Source: Anthoceros angustus
Taxonomy: Eukaryota; Plantae; Anthocerotophyta
DNA length: 64,000 bases
Assembly (NCBI GenBank): GCA_010909165.1
Contig: MU008165.1
Span: forward strand, 868,001-932,000
Direction: 5' to 3'
Position 1 is the first letter of the stretch, and each line of letters opens with the position of its first letter. The position numbers were made by a program, and so were the translations under genes. This document shows positions 26,804 through 38,814 of the stretch, one piece after another. The notes under the pieces are model-generated. The model made no database searches and was not told the origin of the DNA. It worked only from the letters and a program-made list of their open reading frames with translations.

Positions 26804-27055
26804 GAGGATGAGCAGTAGGAGGAATGGAACCTCCTACCACGGTGGAAGACCTACAGTGAGGGGGCGGCGTGGCGGTGCTACCGGGAGTCACAGAGAAGAC
26901 TCCTGAGGTGGGCAAGGCTAAGCGACCCATCGAGGATGAACGAGTAGGAGGAATGGAACCTCCTACCACAGAGGAAGACCTACCACCGAGGGGCCGACGA
27001 GGCTACCCATAGTCCTCGAGAAGACTGAGGTGGGCAAGGCTAAGCGACCCATCAA
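26804..27055 (+). repeat. ~128-bp tandem duplication in the outer element
   Basis: AGTAGGAGGAATGGAACCTCCTACCAC and GAGGTGGGCAAGGCTAAGCGACCCATC each occur twice. Confidence 0.8.
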
Positions 27056-28134
27056 GGGGAAGACATTGAAGCTGCGGCCAAAAAGCGTGACGTGGGATGT
27101 CGGTGGGACCTTTTCGGTGGGCGTTTTGTCCCAAGTGGTGCACACCTTGGGAAGTGTGAGTATTTAAGAGTGGCGGGTATGAGCGGATAGGATATTCGGT
27201 CAAGGTGGTGAGGTGAGAGGACCAAGCTCAAGCGTGGCATGCCTTATGCACTCTAGCCTCGGAGCAATTGCATTCATGTGAGCACTTCCTCAACGGACAA
27301 CCAAGCAAAACAAGTCTAATATGCAAATACCAATTTGTAACACTAGGAGAGAGTAGCTTGCATCGCGGTTTTCCTCCCACACTCCCACGAACAACACGCA
27401 AATTCGCACATGGCTCTTGAATAGCTTTGGCCTCCTCACAACTCTCTTGCATTGCATATGTAGAGACAAGGACAAGTTATGATGTCTTTGTGAAAGGGTC
27501 TATATAGATATACTAGGCCTTGGCGCATTGGCATATTCCTAAGATATCCTATCGCGATCAAGATATAAATATCCAAAGAATACACCATAATATGCAATAT
27601 GCTAAAGCATATAACTTGTGTTTATCCACTTAGTTATTGCTAACGTGTTTAATTAATGAATCGATGCTTAATTAACATAACCACTTATATTAATTAATTA
27701 ATACTAATTACTTACTTAATGATAAGTCATTAGATTAATTAATGCTAGATATAAATGAATTTAACCATTTCATATTAATTAATTAATACTAATAACTTAC
27801 TTAATGATAGGTCATTAGATTAATTAATGCTAGATATAAATGAATTTAACCACTTATATTAATTAATTAATAATTACTTACTTAATGATAAGTCATTAGA
27901 TTAATTAATGCTAGATATAAATGAATTTAACATAAATCAGCAGCACTATCTCTTTCTAAAATAGATGCCAATATACCAATCGACACACGTAGTTGAAAAT
28001 TTACCAATTTACTAGTTGCCAATATGAAGCCCGGTAGTTTCTCATGGGGTATAAATGGAGACTTCGAAGCCGCTCGGACTCGAACTTGAAATCTTGTTAT
28101 CCATTCTTCTTGCATGTAACTTTTCATAATTCTA

Positions 28135-29220
28135 TGATCTACTATTGTTAAGGTTTGTTCAATGAAGATTGATGTTCTCCTTTACGGAGGGATGAGTTTA
28201 TGCATGTATATTCCTATGTGTGCTAACGAATTCATTCTCTCTACTTGTTCTCTGGGTTTCCCTAGAGGGCACGTAAATTACCCAAAGGCGAGACCTAAAC
28301 CGAAAGATTTCCTCCGCCATGAACTTAAAAATCTCACATTCTTGCAAATATCTTTTAATAATCGTGTGATCTACGGTTGTTAAGGTATGTTCCATGAAGA
28401 TTCATGTTCTCCTTTATAGAGGGATGGGTGTATGCATGTGTATTCCGGCGTGTTTCATTCTTTCTACTTGTTCCCTGGGTTTCCTAGAGGGCACGTAAAT
28501 TACCCAAAGGGCGAGACCTAAACCGAAAGATTTCCTCCGCACCATGAACTTAAAAATCTCACATTCTTGCAAATATCTTTTAATAATCGTGTGATCTACG
28601 GTTGTTAAGGTTTGTTCAATGAAGATTCATGTTCTCCTTTACGGAGGGATGAGTTTATGCATGTATGTTCCTATGTGTGCTAATCTAATTCATTCTCTCT
28701 ACTTGTTCTCATGGGTTTCCCTAGAGGGCACGAATTACCCAAAGGCGAGACCTAAACCGAAAGATTCCTCCGCACCATGAACTTAAAAATCTCACATTCT
28801 TGCAAATATCTTTTAATAATCGTGATCTACGGTTGTTAAGGTATGTTCCATGAAGATTCATGTTCTCCTTTATAGAGGGATGGGTGTATGCATGTGTATT
28901 CGTTAACGAATTCATTCTTTCTACTTGTTCCCTCAGTTTCCCTAGAGGGCACGTAAATTACCCAAAGGGCGAGACCTAAACCGAAAGATTTCCTCCGCAC
29001 CATGAACTTAAAAATCTCACATTCTTGCAAATATCTTTTAATAATTGTGTGATCTACGATTGTTAAGGTTTGTTCAATGAAGATTCATGTTCTCCTTTAT
29101 AGAGGGATGAGTTTATGCATGTATGTTCCTGTGTGTGCTAACGAATTCATTCTCTCTACTTGTTCTGCAGTTTCCCTAGAGGGCACGTAAATTACCCAAA
29201 GGCGGGACCTAAACCGAAAG
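28135..29220 (+). repeat. ~230-bp modules x5, unit 6
   Basis: A-B-A-B-A pattern. Confidence 0.9.
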
Positions 29221-29250
29221 AAATACTCCTATTTATCAATCTTTAAAATT

Positions 29251-30054
29251 ATGGAGTCCACAATGAAAATTGAAGTGAGAATGTTTGAAGAAAGATACAT
29301 ATGTGGAAAATGTATCGGTGAAGGTTTTTCCAAAGTCTATGAATGCTATGACAAATATACGGGAAAGATATTTGCCTGCAAAATTATGAAAAATCTAAAG
29401 ACATAAATGATGCAATATGTAGAGATCAACACTCTTCGATCTCTTCCAAAATATTCTCATATTATTAACACAAAAAGTGTTCATGAGGATATTGAACATA
29501 TTTATATTGTGATGGAGCTATGTACCAATGGTACACTAAAGGATGAACTAAAAAGGGGAGCTTATTGTGAAGAGGATGCAAAATACTTATGTTTAACCTA
29601 ATGGAGGCAATCAATTTTGCCAGCATAATGTTATGCATCGCGATTTGAAACCGCTAATATACTATTACTTAGCCGTCTCAAAGTCATACTAGAGACTTTG
29701 GTTTGTCATTCCATGTCTCCAAAACGAACATGAATTATTGTGGAGTCAGGAACCCCATGTTACATGGCTCGGAGGTATTGGAGTCAAGACGATGTAAACA
29801 TAAGCTATACTTCAAAAGCCGATATTTGGAGCGCAGAGTCATTTTGTATGAAGTTTTAACCGAAATCGTCCTTATATAGGATATGAGTTCACGAAAAGAA
29901 GAATGGATAACTCAATTGGACCTAGATGAGTGGCCCAACATGTCACACGAAGTGAAAGATCTACTACACTCAATGTTACATTTAGAACAAGAGTGTAGAC
30001 CTGGACAAGAAAGTTCTAAACCATTCTTGGTTTTGCTCGCTATCTTATATATGA
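29251..30054 (+). CDS. Ser/Thr protein kinase domain, unit 6
   Basis: Near-identical copy; ORFs 29407-29601 and 29883-30077 cover parts of it. Confidence 0.9.
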
Positions 30055-30430
30055 AAGATAGTAATTTTATTATATAAGAACTTTTATTTGTATTATATAT
30101 TTTAATATAATGATTTTTATTTTAACTTTATTCATAATTTCATTAAACCACTCTTCAAAGGCCTCTTTCTTGTGGAAAGTCTTCAAGCCATGCAAGCGGT
30201 CATGAAATTGATGTAGTGAAGCTAAGATTGGAGTATATCGCTATGTGTTTAGCTGAGTGCGTTTGGTCATTGTCATAGCATGGCATAATAGCATCGGGAC
30301 AATTTCTTCTTCTATAGCTCGCATATTATAGTTACTAAATCGCATGTTAGAATCTTGACGTTCGGACCCCGATTACGGCTCTAAGCTCCGCAATTGGACG
30401 ACCACACCAAGGGTGTGCGAATGTTTTGAA

Positions 30431-31750
30431 TCATGAGCGAGGCAATAACGTGGCGAGGCGGAGTGTGAAGATGGCGGCGCGAGAAGGAAAATTGGCATTT
30501 AATGGAAACGGCTATTGTTGAAGTCCCACCTTGCACAGTCATGAGAGAACTCCTGCCGGGCAATGGACACCACCGAAGCAGTTTACCACACAAGAAAAGG
30601 GGGCGCGTAGGCTTTAGCACAGCCTTGATGAACTGGAGAAATCCTTGCCCATGGCCCCGTGAGTCTCGATGGCAAGGGGATGAAGGCGTGGCCCTTCTTG
30701 CATGGGCGAGTACTTGTGAACGCGTCGCAAGATCTCTCCGCCACCCAACCCGGAGGGTTGATGATGACGTGCTTGCAGCATTTGTCCCAAGGTCTCCGGC
30801 CACATCCACAAACTGGTCCCCTCGCCGAGAACATGGCCATGGACGTGATGAGGCAATGCACGCCACCAAGAGAGATAATGGGACAGTCTAAAGAGAGCGG
30901 TGCCAAAGGTTGGACCAAAAGAAAGTGAACCTCATCGGTAGAAAAGAAGCCGACCCGAAATACCTTGATGCAAGGTCGGGCTAGAAGCCATGAACCCTCC
31001 CCCGCAAGAGCGGAGGCGAGCTCGAGCTGGTCAAGGAATGGAGGAATCGAGGAGCAAAGCCGGTGCGTGCCCATACAAGTTTCTTCTCATGGAGGAGGCC
31101 AAAGCCCCACGCATCGTGCAGAGAACGAGGACGAACGCGGCATGACCGCCTAGCCTCGGAGGATAGGACACCCCTAGCCAATCTTAAGGACAAGCATGCA
31201 GGGAAGGCGCCTCCTCGGCCGCCGAGAACATGGCGCCGCGACGGCGTGATGCGTAGCAATGCGCCGCCCGCCACCGAGAGCGAGGCTGGCGACAGTCTAA
31301 AGAGAGCAGCCAAAGGTTGGACCAAACCAGTGAACCTCATCGCAGAGAGAAAAGAAGCCGCGACTCGAAATACCTTGATGCAAGGTCCAGAAGCCATGAA
31401 CCCGCCTCCTTCCCAGCAAGAGCGGAGGCGAGCTCGAGCTGGTCAAGGAATGGAGGAATCGAGGAGCAAAGCCACCGACGTGCCCATACAAGTTTCTTCT
31501 CATGGAGGCCAAAGCCCCACGCACGTCCGCAGAGAACGAGGACGAACGCGCATGACCGCCTAGCCTCGAGGATAGGACACCCCAGCCAATCTTAAGGACA
31601 AGCATGCAAGGCGCCTCCTCGCCCGAGACGAAGGCCTTGAAGATGCGGTAATCCCTGTGGATTAGGAAATGGGAGGCCTAGATGCGGGTTGAGAGGACCA
31701 AGCCTGCCGCGCGATGGCCGGCGCACTCTGGGGCCGCCTCTACGAGCGAA
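30431..31750 (-). mobile_element. CRE-like RLE fragment, unit 6, with ~400-bp internal duplication
   Basis: Junction CCTCGGCC|GCCGAGAACATGG at ~31220. Confidence 0.75.
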
Positions 31751-32589
31751 GTAAGTGCATCTGAGCACTTCCTCAACGGACAACCAAGCAAAACAAGTCT
31801 AATATGCAAATACCAATTTGTAACACTAGGAGAGTAGCTTGCGTTGTGGTTTTCCTCCCACACTCTCACGAACAACACGCAAATTGTCGGCACACGGCTG
31901 AGTGATAGCTTTGGCCTCCTCACAACTCTCTTGCATTGCATATGTAGAGGACAAGTTATGATGTGAGCTTGTCCTGTGAAAGGGTCTATATAGATATCTA
32001 GGCCTTGGCATTGGCATATTCCTAAGATATCCTATCCAGATCGATACCGGAAATATCCAAAGAATACACCATAATATGCAAGGAATATGCTAAAGCATAT
32101 AACTTGTGTTTATCCACTTAGTTATTGCTAACTGTTTAATTAATGAATCGATGCTTAATTAACATAACCACTTATATTAATTAATTAATACTACTACTTA
32201 ATGATAAGTCATTAGATTAATGCTAGATATAAATGAATTTAACCACTTATATTAATTAATACTAATAACTTACTTAATGATAAGTCATTAGATTAATTAA
32301 CGCTAGATATAAATGAATTTAACCACATATTAATTAATTAATACTAATTACTTAATGATAAGTCATTAGATTAATTAATGCTAGATATAAATGAATTTAA
32401 CATAAATCAGCAGCACTATCTCTTTCTAAAATAGATGCCAATACTCAATCAATCCTGAAAATTTACCAATTTACTAGTTGCCAATATGAAGCCGTAGTTT
32501 CTCATGGGGTATAAATGGAGACTTAAAAATCTGCCGCTGGACCAACTCAAATCGCATCCATTCTTGCATGTAACTTTTCATAATTCTAT

Positions 32590-34870
32590 GATCTATTGTT
32601 AAGGTTTGTTCAATGAAGATTGATGTTCTCCTTACGAGGGATGAGTTTATGCATGTATATTCCTATGTGCTAACGAATTCATTCTTTCTACTTGTTCTCT
32701 GAGGTTTCCCTAGAGGGCACGAATTACCCAAAGGGCGAGACCTAAACCGAAAGATTTCTCCGCCATGAACTTAAAAATCTCACTTGCAAATATCTTTTAA
32801 TAATCGAGATCTACTTGTTAAGGTATGTTCCATGAAGATTCATGTTCTTTATAGAGGGATGGGTGTATGCATGTATATTCCTAAGCGTGTTAATTAATTC
32901 ATTCTTTCTACTTGTTCTCTGGTTTTCCCTAGAGGCACGAATTACCCAAAGGGCGAGACCTAAACCAAAGATTTCCTCCGCACCATGAACTTAAAAATCA
33001 CATTCTTGCAAATATCTTTTAATAATCGTGTGATCTACTTGTTAAGGTTTGTTCAATGAAGATTCATGTTCTCTACAGGGATGAGTTTATGCATGTATGT
33101 TCCTATTTGTGCTAACGAATTCATTCTCTCTACTTGTTCTCTGAGTTTCCCTAGAGGGCACGAATTACCCAAAGGCGAGACCTAAACCGAAAGATTCCTC
33201 CGCACCATGAACTTAAAAATCTCACATTCTTGCAAATATCTTTTAATAATCGTGATCTATTGTTAAGGTATGTTCCATGAAGATTCATGTTAAATCACTC
33301 CGGACTCGAACTCAAATCTTGTTATCCATTCTTCTTGCATGTAACTTTTCATAATTCTATGATCTACGTTGTTAAGGTTTGTTCAATGAAGATTGATGTT
33401 CTCCTTTACGGAGGGATGAGTTTATGCATGTATATTCCTATGTGTGCTAACGAATTCATTCTCTACTTGTTCTCTGTGTTTCCCTAGAGGGCACGAATTA
33501 CCCAAAGGCGAGACCTAAACCGAAAGATTCCTCCGCCATGAACTTAAAAATCTCACATTCTTGCAAATATCTTTTAATAATCGTGTGATCTACGTTGTTA
33601 AGGTATGTTCCATGAAGATTCATGTTCTCCTTTATAGAGGGATGGGTGTATGCATGTATTCCGTGTTAACGAATTCATTCTTTCTACTTGTTCTCAGGTT
33701 TCCCTAGAGGGCACGTAAATTACCCAAAGGGCGAGACCTAAACCGAAAGATTTCCTCCGCACCATGAACTTAAAAATCTCACATTCTTGCAAATATCTTT
33801 TAATAATCGTGTGATCTACTTGTTAAGGTTTGTTCAATGAAGATTCATGTTCTCCTTTATAGAGGGATGAGTTTATGCATGTATGTTCGTGTTAAGAATT
33901 CATTCTCTACTTGTTCCCTCTGAGGTTTCCCTAGAGGGCACGTAATTACCCAAAGGGCGAGACCTAAACCGAAAGAAATGAACTTAAAAATCTCACATTC
34001 TTGCAAATATCTTTTAATAATCGTGTGATCTACTGTTGTTAAGGTATGTTCCATGAAGATTCATGTTCTCCTTTATAGAGGGATGGGTGTATGCATGTGT
34101 ATTCTAGCGTGTTAACGAATTCATTCTTTCTACTTGTTCTCTGGTTTCCCTAGAGGGCACGTAATTACCCAAAGGGCGAGACCTAAACCGAAAGATTTCC
34201 TCCGCACCATGAACTTAAAAATCTCACATTCTTGCAAATATCTTTTAATAATCGTGTGATCTACGGTTGTTAAGGTTTGTTCAATGAAGATTCATGTTCT
34301 CCTTTACGAGGGATGAGTTTATGCATGTATGTTCCTATGTTAACTAATTCATTCTCTACTTGTTCTCTGTGTTTCCCTAGAGGGCACGAATTACCCAAAG
34401 GCGAGACCTAAACCGAAAGATTCCTCCGCCATGAACTTAAAAATCTCACATTCTTGCAAATATCTTTTAATAATCGTGTGATCTACGTTGTTAAGGTATG
34501 TTCCATGAAGATTCATGTTCTCCTTTATAGAGGGATGGGTGTATGCATGTATTCCGTGTTAACGAATTCATTCTTTCTACTTGTTCTCTGGTTTCCCTAG
34601 AGGGCACGTAAATTACCCAAAGGGCGAGACCTAAACCGAAAGATTTCCTCCGCACCATGAACTTAAAAATCTCACATTCTTGCAAATATCTTTTAATAAT
34701 CGTGTGATCTCTTTGTTAAGGTTTGTTCAATGAAGATTCATGTTCTCCTTTATAGAGGGATGAGTTTATGCATGTATGTTCTGTGTGCTAACGAATTCAT
34801 TCTCTCTACTTGTTCCTCGGGTTTCCCTAGAGGGCACGTAAATTACCCAAAGGCGGGACCTAAACCGAAA
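32590..34870 (+). repeat. ~230-bp modules, unit 7 (3 + truncated + 7)
   Basis: Restart junction at ~33290 back into the first exon. Confidence 0.9.
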
Positions 34871-34902
34871 GAAATACTCCTATTTATCAATCTTTTAAAA
34901 TT

Positions 34903-35721
34903 ATGGAGTCCACAATGAAAATTGAAGTGAGAATGTTTGAAGAAAGATACATATGTGGAAAATGTATCGGTGAAGGAGGTTTTTCCAAAGTCTATGAATG
35001 CTATGACAAATATACGGAAAGATATTTGCCTGCAAAATTATGAAAAATCTAAAGACATAAATGATGCAATATGTAGAGAGATCAACACTCTTGATCTCTT
35101 CCAAAATATTCTCATATTATTAACACAAAAGTGTTCATGAGGATATTGAACATATTTATATTGTGATGGAGCTATGTACCAATGGTACACTAAAGGATGA
35201 ACTAAAAAGGGGAGCTTATTGTGAAGAGGATGCAAAAATACTTATGTTTAACCTAATGGAGGCAATCAATTTTTGCCACAGGCATAATGTTATGCATCGC
35301 GATTTGAAACCGCTAATATACTATTACTTAGCCGTCTCAAAGTCATACTAGCAGACTTTGGTTTGTCTGCTCCATGTCTCCAAACGAACATGAATTATTG
35401 TGTGGGAGGCAGAACCCCATGTTACATGGCTCGGAGGTATTGGAGTCAAGACGATGTAAACATAAGCTATACTTCAAAAGCCGATATTTGGAGCGCAGGA
35501 GTCATTTTGTATGAAGTTTTAACCGAAATCGTCCTTATATAGGATATGAGTTCGACACGTAAAAAGAAGAATGGATAACTCAATTGGACCTAGATGAGTG
35601 GCCCAACATGTCACAGAAGTGAAAGATCTACTACACTCAATGTTACATTTAGAACAAGAGTGTAGACCGGATGCGACAAGTTCTAAACCATTCTTGGTTT
35701 TGCTCGCTATCTTATATATGA
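34903..35721 (+). CDS. Ser/Thr protein kinase domain, unit 7
   Basis: ORF 35163-35351 MELCTNG...HRDLKP. Confidence 0.9.
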
Positions 35722-36115
35722 AAGATAGTAATTTTATTACATAAGAACTTTTATTTGTATTATATATTTTAATATAATGATTTTTATTTTAACTTTTATT
35801 CATAATTTCATTAAACCACTCTTCGGCCTCTTTCTTGTGAGAAAGTCTTCAAGCCATGCAAGCGGTCATGAAATTGATGTAGTGAAGCTAAGATTGGAGT
35901 ATATCGCTATGTGTTTAGCCGTGAGTCGCTTTTGGTCATTGTCATAGCATGGCATAATAGCATCGGACAATTTCTTCTTCTATAGCTACGCATATTATAG
36001 TTACTAAATCGCATGTTAGAATCTTGACGGGTTCGCAAACCCCGATTCCGGCTCTAAGCGGGCTGCTCAACGTGCTTGTGGGACGACCACACCAAGGGTG
36101 TGCGAATGTTTTGAA

Positions 36116-37055
36116 TCATGAGCCGAAAGGCAACGTGGCTCGAGGCGGAGTGTGAAGATGGCGGCGTGCGAGAAGGAAAATTGGCATTTAGGGGTAAAGC
36201 AGTTGTTGAAGTCCCACCTTGCGGTAGTCACGAGAGAGAACTCCTAGCACGGGGCAATGGACACCGTGCTGAAAGAAGCCATCACACAAGAAAAGGGGGC
36301 GGCCGGGCTTTGCAGCCTTGATGAACTGGAGAAATCCTTGCCCATGGCCCCGTGAGTCTCGATGGCAAGGGGATGAAGGCGTGGCCCTTCTTGCATGGGC
36401 GAGTACTTGTGAACGCGTTGTGCATCTCTCCGCCACCCAACCCGGAGGGTTGATGATGGCGTGCTTGCGACGTGTCCCGCAAGGTGCACGGCCACATCCA
36501 CACAAACCCGGGTCCCCTCGCCGCCGAGAACATGGCGCCGACGGCGTGATGCGTGTAATGCGCTGCCCGCCACCGGAGAGCGAGGGCTACGGCGAGTCTA
36601 AAGAGAGCAGCCAAAGGTTGGACCAAACCAGTGAACCTCATCAGCGGTAGAAAAGAAGCCGTGCGACTCGAAATACCTTGATGCAAGGTCGGGCTAGAAG
36701 CCATGAACCCGCCTCCCTTCCCGAGCAAGAGCGGAGGCGAGCTCGAGTGGTCAAGGAATGGAGGAATCGAGGAGCAAAGCCACCGACGTGCCCATACAAG
36801 TTTCTTCTCATGGAGGGAGGCCAAAGCCCCACGCAGGTCCAGAGGCACGAATGCGGCATGACGCCCTAGCCTCGGAGGATAGGACACCCCTAGCCAATCT
36901 TAAGGACAAGCAGGGAAGGCGCCTCCCGACTCGAGACGAAGGCCTTGAAGATGCGGTAATCCCTGGGATTAGGAAATGGGAGGCCTAGATGCGGGTTGAG
37001 AGGACCAAGCTCAAGCGTCGTGCGGATGCCTTGCGGCGCACTCTAAGGGCGCTCG
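36116..37055 (-). mobile_element. CRE-like RLE fragment, unit 7
   Basis: Same motifs as unit 1. Confidence 0.75.
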
Positions 37056-37948
37056 TAAGTAAGCAATTGCATTCATGTGAGCACTTCCTCAACGGACAAC
37101 CAAGCAAAACAAGTCTAATATGCAAATACCAATTTGTAACACTAGGAGAGAGTAGCTTGCATCGCGGTTTTCCTCCCACACTCCCCACGAGAACAACACG
37201 CAAATTCGCACATGGCTCTTGAATAGCTTTGGCCTCCTCACAACTCTCTTGCATTGCATATGTAGAGACAAGGACAAGTTATGATGTGAGCTTGTCCTGT
37301 GAAAGGGTCTATATAGATATACTGGGCATGGCATTGGCATATTCCTAAGATATCCTATCGCGATCAAGATATAAATATCCAAAGAATACACCATAATATG
37401 CAAGGAATATGCTAAAGCATATAACTTGTGTTTATCCACTTAGTTATTGCTAACCGTGTTTAATTAATTAATCGATGCTTAATTAACATAACCACTTATT
37501 AATTAATTAATACTAATTACTTAATGATAAGTCATTAGATTAATTAATGCTAGATATAAATGAATTTAACCACTTCATATTAATTAATTAATACTAATAA
37601 CTTACTTAATGATAGGTCATTAGATTAATTAATGCTAGATATAAATGAATTTAACCACTTATATTAATTAATTAATACTAATTACTTACTTAATGATAAG
37701 TCATTAGATTAATTAATGCTAGATATAAATGAATTTAACATAAATCAAGCAGCACTATCTCTTTCTAAAATAGATGCCAATATACCAATCGACACACACC
37801 GCTGAAAATTTACCAATTTACTAGTTGCCAATATGAAGCCCGTAGTTTCTCATGGGGTATAAATGGCGAGACTTAAATCGAACTCTGTCTGACCGAACTT
37901 CAAATCTTGTTATCCATTCTTCTTGCATGTAACTTTTCATAATTCTAT

Positions 37949-38570
37949 GATCTACTATTGTTAAGGTTTGTTCAATGAAGATTGATGTTCTCCTTTACGG
38001 AGGGATGAGTTTATGCATGTATATTCCTATGTGTGCTAACGAATTCATTCTCTCTACTTGTTCTCTGTGTTTCCCTAGAGGGCACGTAAATTACCCAAAG
38101 GCGAGACCTAAACCGAAAGATTTCCTCCGCCATGAACTTAAAAATCTCACATTCTTGCAAATATCTTTTAATAATCGTGTGATCTACGGTTAAGGTATGT
38201 TCCATGAAGATTCATGTTCTCCTTTATAGAGGGATGGGTGTATGCATGTGTATTCCGTGTTAATCTAATTCATTCTTTCTACTTGTTCCCTGTTTCCCTA
38301 GAGGGCACGTAAATTACCCAAAGGCGAGACCTAAACCGAAAGATTTCCTCCGCACCATGAACTTAAAAATCTCACATTCTTGCAAATATCTTTTAATAAT
38401 CGTGTGATCTACGGTTGTTAAGGTTTGTTCAATGAAGATTCATGTTCTCCTTTATAGAGGATGAGTTTATGCATGTATGTTCTGTGTGCTAACGAATTCA
38501 TTCTCTCTACTTGTTCCTGCAGTTTCCTAGAGGGCACGTAAATTACCCAAAGGGGACCTAAACCGAAAGA
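37949..38570 (+). repeat. ~230-bp modules x3, unit 8
   Basis: A-B-A pattern. Confidence 0.9.
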
Positions 38571-38599
38571 AATACTCCTATTTATCAATCTTTAAAATT

Positions 38600-38814
38600 A
38601 TGGAGTCCACAATGAAAATTGAAGTGAGAATGTTTGAAGAAAGATACATATGTGGAAAATGTATCGGTGAAGGAGGTTTTTCCAAAGTCTATGAATGCTA
38701 TGACAAATATACGGAAAGATATTTGCCTGCAAAATTATGAAAAAATCTAAAGACATAAATGATGCAATATGTAGAGAGATCAACACTCTTCGATCTCTTC
38801 CAAAATATTCTCAT
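38600..38814 (+). pseudogene. Kinase unit 8, 5' part (disrupted by CACTA insertion)
   Basis: Ends ...CAAAATATTCTCAT immediately before CACTA. Confidence 0.92.

Larger units (their letters stand above)
18417..27213. mobile_element. Unclassified inserted element, possibly a truncated LTR retrotransposon; hosts the nested Copia
   Basis: Abrupt TG start at 18417. Purine-rich, coiled-coil-like + strand ORF fragments (19377-20340, 25400-26300). The right end joins directly into the unit's CRE region with no TSD. Confidence 0.5.
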
